Shown here: positions 32,192 through 40,164 of the stretch, one piece after another
Numbering within the stretch: the first letter of the stretch is position 1
Layout: each line of letters begins with the position of its first letter
DNA from: an uncultured Syntrophaceae bacterium
Lineage (GTDB): Bacteria > Desulfobacterota > Syntrophia > Syntrophales > UBA2192
Assembly (NCBI GenBank): GCA_964478885.1
Contig: CAYZKT010000003.1
Span: 1 to 44,889, forward strand
Reading direction: 5' to 3'
DNA: 44,889 nt
Notes under the pieces: model-generated
What the model was told of the DNA's origin: nothing
Database searches by the model: none
Seen by the model: the letters and a program-made list of their open reading frames with translations, nothing else
Position numbers and translations under genes: made by a program

Positions 32192-33205
32192 TCAGTGCTC
32201 CGGCTTGTCCTCCTGTCCCGCCTTGCCGCGAAACACGAGGTACTGCCATGCATTGTAGGCCAGCATCACGGGCAGCAGCACGGCGCTCACGAAAAACAGA
32301 AACCACAGCGAGCGCGGCGGGGCAGCCGCATCGAAGATGGACAGGCCGGGCGGGACGGCCATGGGGTACAGGGCCGCAGCGATCCCGACCACGAGGGTCA
32401 GGAAGAGGAGTACGCTCCACTGGAAGGGCTTGCCCTGCTCCGCCCTCTTGAGGCTTCGCAGCAGCATGGCGAACTCGAAGAGAAAGATGGGCAGGGTGAG
32501 GTAGATGTAGTGGCCTTGCCTCATCGTGAGCAGGGAGTAGCGGCCCTCGCGCTGCAGCAGGGTCATCCACAGCAGGATCACGGCAAGGCCGGCCAGGACG
32601 GCCCATGCGGCCATGGCGGCCGTCTTCATGGCGCGCTCCCGGAGTTCCCCGTCCGTTTTCATGGCCAGGTACGTCGTGCCGAGCAGGACGAAGCCTGCCG
32701 CCCCCCCCGCGGCGACAAGGGCCGAGAAGGGGTTGAACCAGTCGCCGAAGCCGCCGGAGAACTGCCGCTCGACGACGGGCATGCCGCTCAACAGCCCCCC
32801 CAGGGTGAACCCCTGGGCAAGGGTTGCGACGAGGCTCCCCAGCCCGAAGGCGAGGCCCCAGCGGGTGCGGTTCGGCGATTCGTGGTAGAACTCGATCGCC
32901 ACACCCCGGAAGGCAAGCCCGGCCAGCATGAGCATGACGGGGACGTAGAGGGCCGACATGGCAACGCCGTAGACGACGGGAAAGGCGCCGAAGAGAAGGC
33001 CGCCGAGGATGACGAGCCAGGTCTGGCTCGCGTGCCAGGTGGAGGCGATCGAGTGGATCATGAGGCCCCGCTCTTCCTCCCGGCGGGCCGCAAGCGAGAA
33101 GATCCCCACCCCCAGGTTGTAGCCGTCGGTGGCCATGTAGAAGAACAGGATCAGCCCCAGGGACAGGAAGAAGTAGTCGGGCAGGTAGGTCTGAAGGGTA
33201 TCCAT
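32192..33205 (-). CDS. cydB: cytochrome d ubiquinol oxidase subunit II
   Basis: MDTLQTYLPDYFFLSLGLILFFYMATDGYNLGVG is a typical CydB N-terminus. I use the ATG at 33203-33205 (GGAGG 6-7 nt upstream) rather than the track start, which overlaps cydA. Confidence 0.85.
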   Translation of the reverse strand: MDTLQTYLPDYFFLSLGLILFFYMATDGYNLGVGIFSLAARREEERGLMIHSIASTWHASQTWLVILGGLLFGAFPVVYGVAMSALYVPVMLMLAGLAFRGVAIEFYHESPNRTRWGLAFGLGSLVATLAQGFTLGGLLSGMPVVERQFSGGFGDWFNPFSALVAAGGAAGFVLLGTTYLAMKTDGELRERAMKTAAMAAWAVLAGLAVILLWMTLLQREGRYSLLTMRQGHYIYLTLPIFLFEFAMLLRSLKRAEQGKPFQWSVLLFLTLVVGIAAALYPMAVPPGLSIFDAAAPPRSLWFLFFVSAVLLPVMLAYNAWQYLVFRGKAGQEDKPEH

Positions 33206-33218
33206 GGGCATCCTCCTC

Positions 33219-34592
33219 TCAGTCCGCCGATCGGGCCTGCGGGGGCTTCGGGATCGAGTCGTCGGGACCCTGCGCCAGTACGCGCCCTGCCAGGCCGACA
33301 AACGCCGCCGTGAGCAGGCCGGCAATCACGAGATACCCCGTCAGGGATGCGGCAACGGTCCCCGCCGGGAGCGCGGTGGCAGCCTCGCTTGTCCTCACGA
33401 GGCCGTAGACGAGCCAGGGCTGTCGGCCCACCTCCCGGGTAATCCAGCCGCCTTCCACAGCGGCCCAGGCCAGCGGGCCCGCCGCCACCCAGGCATAGAG
33501 AAGCCACTTCTCGCCGGGAAGCCGGTCGGCCGCAAGCGCCCCCTTCTTCCAGCGCCACCCCGTCCAGAGTGCAAGGCCCAGGAAGGCGAAGCCGGCAAAA
33601 ACCATCACCCGGAAGGGGTAGAAGGTCATTAGGATGGGGGGGTGCAGTTCCTTCGGGAAGTCCTTGAGCCCCTTCACCTCGCCCGTCGGCGAGTGGGTCA
33701 GCAGGAGGCTCAGCACGTAGGGGACCTCCACGGCCCAGTGATTTCTCTGGTTCGCCTCGTCGGGCCAGGCCGCGATGATCCAGGCGGCCCCCTGCCCCGC
33801 AGGGTTCGTCTCCCAGTGCGCCTCCATGGCGGCGAGTTTCGTCGGCTGCAGGTTCGCCACCTCGCGGCCGTTCTCGTCCCCGACCCAGACCTGCAGGGGC
33901 GCGATCACGAGGGCGGCGATCAGGGCCACCTGGAAGGATCGGGCGAAGAACGCCGTGTGGCGGCCCTTCAGGACGTACCAGGCGCTGACCCCGCCGACGA
34001 CGAGCAGGCTCGTCTGGAGGCAGGCGAGATACATGTGGGCCGTGCTGATCACCATGTCGGGGTTGAAGATCGCCTCCCGGAAGCTCGTGAGGATGATCCG
34101 GCCGCCGTCGACGACGACCCCGGCGGGGGACTGCATCCAGGAGTTGGCCACCATGATCCAGAACACCGAGAGGGAGGAGCCGAGGACGACCATGCAGGTG
34201 GAGAAGAAATGGAGCTTCGGGGGCACCCGGTTCCAGCCGAAGATCATGACGCCCAGGAACCCCGCCTCGAGCATGAACGCCGCCAGGGTCTCCGTGCCGA
34301 GGATTTCGCCGAAGAAGGCGCTCTTCGCCGCGAAGGGCGCCCAGTTGTTGCCGAAGGCGAACTCGAGGGGAAGCCCCGTGACGACGCCGACGCCGAAGTT
34401 CAGCAGCAGCAGCCGGCTCCAGAAGCGCGCGTGGCCGTAGTAGACGGGGTCCTTCGTCCTGAGCCACAGCCCTTCCATCACGGCGATAAAGAGCGCAACC
34501 CCGACGGTCAGCACCGAGAAGGAGATGTGGACCATGGCCATGGCGGCAAACTGGAGGCGGGAAAGCATCACGGAATCGAAGAGCGTGTCCAT
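33219..34592 (-). CDS. cydA: cytochrome bd ubiquinol oxidase subunit I
   Basis: 457 aa with MLSRLQFAAMAMVHISF...GLPLEFAFGNNW. Confidence 0.9.
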   Translation of the reverse strand: MDTLFDSVMLSRLQFAAMAMVHISFSVLTVGVALFIAVMEGLWLRTKDPVYYGHARFWSRLLLLNFGVGVVTGLPLEFAFGNNWAPFAAKSAFFGEILGTETLAAFMLEAGFLGVMIFGWNRVPPKLHFFSTCMVVLGSSLSVFWIMVANSWMQSPAGVVVDGGRIILTSFREAIFNPDMVISTAHMYLACLQTSLLVVGGVSAWYVLKGRHTAFFARSFQVALIAALVIAPLQVWVGDENGREVANLQPTKLAAMEAHWETNPAGQGAAWIIAAWPDEANQRNHWAVEVPYVLSLLLTHSPTGEVKGLKDFPKELHPPILMTFYPFRVMVFAGFAFLGLALWTGWRWKKGALAADRLPGEKWLLYAWVAAGPLAWAAVEGGWITREVGRQPWLVYGLVRTSEAATALPAGTVAASLTGYLVIAGLLTAAFVGLAGRVLAQGPDDSIPKPPQARSAD

Positions 34593-34637
34593 CGCATCTC
34601 ACCCCTCATGGAAATCCCGGTCCGGGACCGGGAAACG

Positions 34638-34746
34638 GATAGAAGTTGTGAAGCTGGGAAGTTACGAAGTTCGGATAGGGTGTGATCACCCGTGAATCTC
34701 GGCCTCTCCAAGCTTCCCAATTTCTCAACTTCGAAGCTTCCGTAAT
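34638..34746. repeat. intergenic tandem-repeat-armed hairpin upstream of cydA
   Basis: The 5' arm is GGATAGAAGTTGTGAAGCTGGGAAGTTACGAAGTTCGGATAGG. The apex is GGGTG-TGAT-CACCC. The 3' arm is CTCTCCAAGCTTCCCAATTTCTCAACTTCGAAGCTTCCGTAAT. In the best register about 18 of 23 positions pair. Confidence 0.65.
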
Positions 34747-34793
34747 GCAAGAGGCGTTCTACCTGCGCGGTACGTCGGACAGATGCCCAACGG

Positions 34794-35063
34794 TCACCGG
34801 ATGCGGGTCACCATCAGTGTCGCCGTGTCGAACCCCTCCACGGCAAGAAGACGGACCTCGTAAACCGCCCCGTCGGCGCTCTCGAACTGAACGAATTCGC
34901 CGAGATTGAGTCGCTCCACCTCGAGGTTCCTGGCTCCCACGGTACCGATGCGTAGGTGGACGAAGCTGTGGGCTACACTCACGAGGCTCACGAGCAGGGA
35001 CCCCTTGGCGGCAACCGCCGTGGAGTACTGCTTTGCCGTCATCGTTTCACTCGGGTAGGTCAT
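34794..35063 (-). CDS. hypothetical 89-aa protein upstream of cydAB
   Basis: The ATG at 35061-35063 has GGAGAA 7 nt upstream (MTYPSETMTAKQYSTAVAAKGSLLV...). I recognise no family. Its codon usage looks like neighbouring genes. Confidence 0.4.
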   Translation of the reverse strand: MTYPSETMTAKQYSTAVAAKGSLLVSLVSVAHSFVHLRIGTVGARNLEVERLNLGEFVQFESADGAVYEVRLLAVEGFDTATLMVTRIR

Positions 35064-35307
35064 GTGTCGTTCTCCGTGGTCTGTCTCGGATCGGTCAGTG
35101 TCAGGTGCAGAAAAAAAGGGGCCTCGGACCCCCGTCAAATCTTTGGCTTGCCCCGTGAAAAGGGTTCCCGCAAGGCGCGCAGGGTCATTTTAGCAAATCA
35201 CCGCCCGATTGCCAGTTTTTTTTGCGCGGGGCCAGGCGGGTGCTCCGCACACAAAACGCAATGATAATCAATGGGTTGACGCGAAACAAAAAACCTTTGC
35301 CGGACTC

Positions 35308-35336
35308 TTGCTTTTCCCCCGGGAGGACGTTATATT
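35308..35336 (+). promoter_or_regulatory. sigma70-like promoter (TTGCTT-17 nt-TATATT)
   Basis: The -35 element is at 35308-35313 and the -10 at 35331-35336, with exact 17-nt spacing. It lies in an otherwise gene-free 490-nt gap. Confidence 0.4.
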
Positions 35337-35342
35337 AAGTGC

Positions 35343-35603
35343 ACAAGTGATACATCGGTTTCGGTATCGCTACCCCTATTCACGCTCACACAACACTTCT
35401 CGCACTGACCGAACGAATCTCGCCCCAGCCCTACCGAAGCCAGCAGGCATCCGGCCTCCCCCTCCTTGGCTGTTTGCCTCCTAGGGGCTTTTCCCTCCTC
35501 CTTTGGCCCCTTGAACGACGGTAGGGCAGGGCCTGAATCAGCCCGCCCGGGCACAGCTGGCAACTGGGCACAAAAAAAGCAGGGCACTTCGCCCTGCTTT
35601 TTT
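35343..35603 (+). ncRNA. candidate ~260-nt small RNA (promoter-to-terminator unit, no convincing ORF)
   Basis: It is bounded by the promoter above and a strong terminator at 35572-35603. It contains three CCUCC-type anti-Shine-Dalgarno-like tracts (CCTCCCCCTCC, GCCTCCTAGG, CCCTCCTCC). I recognise no known RNA family. Confidence 0.25.
35572..35603. terminator. bidirectional intrinsic terminator
   Basis: A7 - GCAGGGC ACTTC GCCCTGC - T6. It can serve the minus-strand PilZ gene (stop at 35627) and any plus-strand transcript from 35343. Confidence 0.8.
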
Positions 35604-35626
35604 CATATGGGAAGGAGGATTGGGTG

Positions 35627-35998
35627 TCAGTTCATCGCTTCGCGGAACGGGGTGATCAGGTACCCCGTGTCGAAGCCGATGGCCATCCCGGCCGGACCGG
35701 ACCGGATCACCGTCCCGTTGACCTTGATGAGCCCTCTCGTGTTGTCGCTGGGGGTGTTGACATTGCGGACCGGCAGGAGGATGTCGAGCTTGACCTTGGT
35801 GCCAGCGACGAGTGCCGTCTTGGTGGGGAAGTAAGCTCCCCCCGCACAGATGTCCTTCGTCAGAAGTTCGAGGATGGAGGCCGTGTCCGGCGAAGACAAC
35901 ACCTCGATCTTGGCGGGAACCTGGAGATCGAACCGCTCGAGCCGTCTTCGCTCGTAGACCAGATCGTAGCTGTCGGCCACACGGGTTATCTTCCTCAT
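35627..35998 (-). CDS. PilZ domain-containing protein (c-di-GMP receptor)
   Basis: 123 aa with an RRRLER (RxxxR) motif followed by DICAGGAYF (D.S..G-type motif). Confidence 0.75.
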   Translation of the reverse strand: MRKITRVADSYDLVYERRRLERFDLQVPAKIEVLSSPDTASILELLTKDICAGGAYFPTKTALVAGTKVKLDILLPVRNVNTPSDNTRGLIKVNGTVIRSGPAGMAIGFDTGYLITPFREAMN

Positions 35999-36217
35999 CG
36001 CTTCGTTTTCCTTTCCTTTCCCTCGTCAGCCGCGCCTGCGGCAGGAAAAAGGGGACAACCCCGCTGAACAGAAGGTCAAACTGAATCGTATTTTATTCAG
36101 AATTCGTGCCAACTCAGGAAGGGTTCAGGGGGCCGGTTTCGGGGTACAGGGCGAAAAAGGGGGACTCTGTCGCGTGCCGCGCCGACCGGAATCGCCCGGA
36201 CTATCCGCGTCGGGCAT

Positions 36218-36245
36218 AAAAAAAGGACCGGGGGCTCCCCGGTCC
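36218..36245 (-). terminator. intrinsic terminator after the histidine kinase gene
   Basis: On the minus strand it reads GGACCGGGG-AGC-CCCCGGTCC followed by T7, 27 nt after the stop. Confidence 0.8.
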
Positions 36246-36271
36246 TCGATTGCCGGTGTCTGCAGGCGCGC

Positions 36272-37795
<1,524 letters not shown>

Positions 37796-38003
37796 GCCGG
37801 CTTACCGTCCTTTTGCTCTCGTGGGCCCTGCGACCGGGCAGCCCGACTGGCAACCATCAGGGTTTGGACACAATTTCCCCTGCCTTTTGCAGCTCCTTTG
37901 CAAGGAATCTGCCGGATTTCCTCTTTTTACCCATTTATTTAAAGGGGATAGACATTTTCTTCGGAAAAATTCGTTCACACTCTGTCGCCTTTTCCCGAAA
38001 TTT

Positions 38004-39653
38004 TCAACAAAAATTTAGCAAGAACGGCGCGTGATTGGACGTGAAAAACGGCGGGTGACGTCTCACGATGGGCGCAATGGCGGGATGCCGCCGGAACCTG
38101 CGGTCCAGGAAGTCCCGCACCTCCCTGCGCCCCCAGCCGGACGGGTGCTCGAAATCGGCGTACAGCGAAAGATCCCCCTCGTAGAAGGGGCGCATCTTCA
38201 GGCGGCCCGCCTCCACCGAGCCGACCGGCAGGTTGAAGACGGCCAGGTTGAGGTAGTCGATCAGGCCGGCGTGGCTCTCCGTAAACGCAAGGGTCCGCTC
38301 GGCCGCATCGGCATCCTCGGCCGGCGTCCCGAAGAGAAGGTAGACGTAGGTCCCTATGCCCGCCTCCTTCAGGGCCCGCAGGGCCCGCGAGGCCTCGTCG
38401 ACGCGGATCCCCTTCTCGAGGGCGTCGAGCACCCCCTGGTCGCCCGACTCGAGGCCGAGTTTCAACATGACACACCCCGAGGCCCTCAGGGCCCGGCAGA
38501 AATCCCCGTCGCCCAGCCGGGGGCTCACCCGGGTGAACCCATACCAGGGCGCGCCAGGCGGCCGGCGGGCCAGCAGCTCGAGGAGCCGCGGGCTCATGGT
38601 GCTGTCGAGGAAGTGGATGAGGGCGGGCCGCACGTCCGCGACGAGCGCGCCGAGGTCCGACAGCACCTGTTCCTCCGGGACGGGCCGGAAGATGTGCCCC
38701 TCGGCACGCTCGGGGCAGAAGGTGCAGCGGCGCCAGTGACAGCCCGACGAGGCGCTGTACGGCAAAACCGGCCCGGGCGAGAGGTAATCGCCCGCCGGGA
38801 GCCCGCTGTATTCGGGGCGGGCGAAACGCACCCCGCCGGTCTCGACCCCGGCAAGACCGAGGAGAAAGCCCTCCCCAGGGCCCGAAACGCAGTGATCGAC
38901 GAGTCCCTCGAAGGGGTTGCGGCCGCCCGTTCGCCCGAGCCACGACGTGACGAGCCCTCCTCCCAGCACGGTCGTAATCCCGGGGAAGCGGTCCCGGACG
39001 AAGCCCAGCAGCGCGAAGGCGCCGAGGGCCTGGCTCAGGTAGTTCAGGGAGAGGCCGACGGCGCCGGGGGCGGTTTCCTCGACGAGCGCTTCGATCCGGC
39101 CGGCAAGCCCGGGCAGGAATGCGTTGGACCCGTATTCCCGGGCGGCCCGGAGAAGGTCCTCCGACCGGAGAGGCGAGAGCCGGGGGTCCTGGTAATCGGC
39201 CAGCGCGAGCGAGACGCCGGCCTCGCGGCCCCGCCGCGCGAGCAGGCGGTTGACGTCGTTGACGCAGCGCCGGTACCGGTCCGTATTGCCGTAGAGTGTC
39301 GGGGCCCGGAGCGCCGCGAGATGATCCGGCAGTCTTCGGCATGCCCGCGCCGTCCAGGTGTCAAATTTCCGGCCGGCCGGCTCGGCCGCTTCCGCCAGGA
39401 GCCGCAGCTGCCCTTCCAGGTTCGCGTCCAGGACGGTGCAGCCGATCCCGTGTTCCTTCAAACAGCCGGCCAGCCGCGCGATGCCGCCCGGCGGCTCGCA
39501 GGCCTTGGCGACGGGGGGGTGGATGAGAAGGACGTGTTTGATGGTTCGGCTCCATGCGTCGGCCGGATTGTTTTCCGGGTCTATTGCCTTTGATGGATGC
39601 TCGTCCGAGGGGTTCGGATTCAGGGTATCGGGACTGAAACAGCTTTTGTTCAT
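38004..39653 (-). CDS. radical SAM protein with B12-binding-like N-terminal domain
   Basis: The N-terminal region has VLLIHPP...LAGCLKEHGIGCTVLD. The cluster motif is SGCHWRRCTFCPE, which has Cx4Cx2C spacing. The start is uncertain: ATG at 39653 or 39665, both inside the loop of an intergenic-type hairpin repeat. The track start at 39767 reads through the repeat. Confidence 0.7.
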   Translation of the reverse strand: MNKSCFSPDTLNPNPSDEHPSKAIDPENNPADAWSRTIKHVLLIHPPVAKACEPPGGIARLAGCLKEHGIGCTVLDANLEGQLRLLAEAAEPAGRKFDTWTARACRRLPDHLAALRAPTLYGNTDRYRRCVNDVNRLLARRGREAGVSLALADYQDPRLSPLRSEDLLRAAREYGSNAFLPGLAGRIEALVEETAPGAVGLSLNYLSQALGAFALLGFVRDRFPGITTVLGGGLVTSWLGRTGGRNPFEGLVDHCVSGPGEGFLLGLAGVETGGVRFARPEYSGLPAGDYLSPGPVLPYSASSGCHWRRCTFCPERAEGHIFRPVPEEQVLSDLGALVADVRPALIHFLDSTMSPRLLELLARRPPGAPWYGFTRVSPRLGDGDFCRALRASGCVMLKLGLESGDQGVLDALEKGIRVDEASRALRALKEAGIGTYVYLLFGTPAEDADAAERTLAFTESHAGLIDYLNLAVFNLPVGSVEAGRLKMRPFYEGDLSLYADFEHPSGWGRREVRDFLDRRFRRHPAIAPIVRRHPPFFTSNHAPFLLNFC

Positions 39654-39705
39654 AAAAATCTTCATTCCATCCGACCCTGTCCCCTGAACCCTGAACCCTG
39701 TCCCC
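39609..39705. repeat. tandem-repeat-armed hairpin overlapping the 5' end of the radical SAM gene
   Basis: The 5' arm is GGGGTTCGGATTCAGGGTATCGGGACTG. The 3' arm is CCGACCCTGTCCCCTGAACCCTGAACCCTGTCCCC. The segment 39684-39701 is the reverse complement (17/18) of 20931-20948. Confidence 0.65.
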
Positions 39706-39790
39706 AGTCTTTTATCCCGACAAAATATCGTTTGACAAGGCAGTTTTCGTGTGTAGATTATTTTCAATTGAAATTCTCGGAGGAATCTTG

Positions 39791-40111
39791 ATGTTCGAAA
39801 TCACCCCCAAAGCGGAAGAGATGATGCTCGCGTTCTTCAAGGAGCGCGACGACAAGCCTCTCGTGCGGATATTCCTCAACGAGGGCGGCTGAGCCGGGCC
39901 CTCCCTGGGCATGGCTCTGGACGAGTCAAACGAAAACGACGAGATTTTCACCCGGAACGGTCTCACCTTTATGATCGAAAAGGCGCTCTACGAGGACGTC
40001 AAGCCGATCAAGGTGGATTTCATCGAGACGCCCAGCGGGTCGGGCTATTCCATCGAGTCCCGGCTTAAGAAGGCGGACGGCTGCGGCAGCTGCAGCGGTT
40101 CTTGCGGCTGA
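39791..40111 (+). CDS. HesB/IscA-like selenoprotein (in-frame UGA = Sec at codon 34)
   Basis: ATG 39791 ... FLNEGG-TGA(39890-39892)-AGPSLGMALDESNENDE... continues in the same frame as track ORF 39911-40111. The TGA sits exactly where HesB/IscA proteins carry the conserved Cys of the GG-C-.G motif. The C-terminus is DGCGSCSGSCG. Confidence 0.7.
39891..39917 (+). promoter_or_regulatory. SECIS-like hairpin starting within or just after the UGA
   Basis: GA-GCC-G-G-GCCC / loop UCCCU / GGGC-A-U-GGC-UC gives about 11 pairs with one mismatch and one G-U. The position fits a bacterial SECIS, but I cannot verify the loop consensus by eye. Confidence 0.35.
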
Positions 40112-40139
40112 TCGGCAGGGACATCGGCGAAAACCGGAA

Positions 40140-40164
40140 AGGGGGGCTTCGGCTCCCCTTTTTT
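40140..40164 (+). terminator. intrinsic terminator after the HesB-like gene
   Basis: AGGGGGGC-TTCG-GCTCCCCT (8 bp, UUCG tetraloop) followed by T6. It abuts the stop of the convergent ABC-F gene. Confidence 0.75.

Noticed and set aside
35209-35834. Track ORFs 35209-35484(+), 35466-35834(+) and 35330-35587(-) as protein-coding genes
   Set aside because: They overlap one another, span a strong terminator or the PilZ gene antisense, lack an RBS, and have low-complexity translations. The region is better explained as non-coding (a candidate sRNA).
39911-40111. Stand-alone 66-aa ORF MALDESNENDE...
   Set aside because: It is the C-terminal two-thirds of the HesB-like gene. The same frame is open from the ATG at 39791 and is interrupted only by a TGA at the conserved Cys position, so Sec read-through is the better model.
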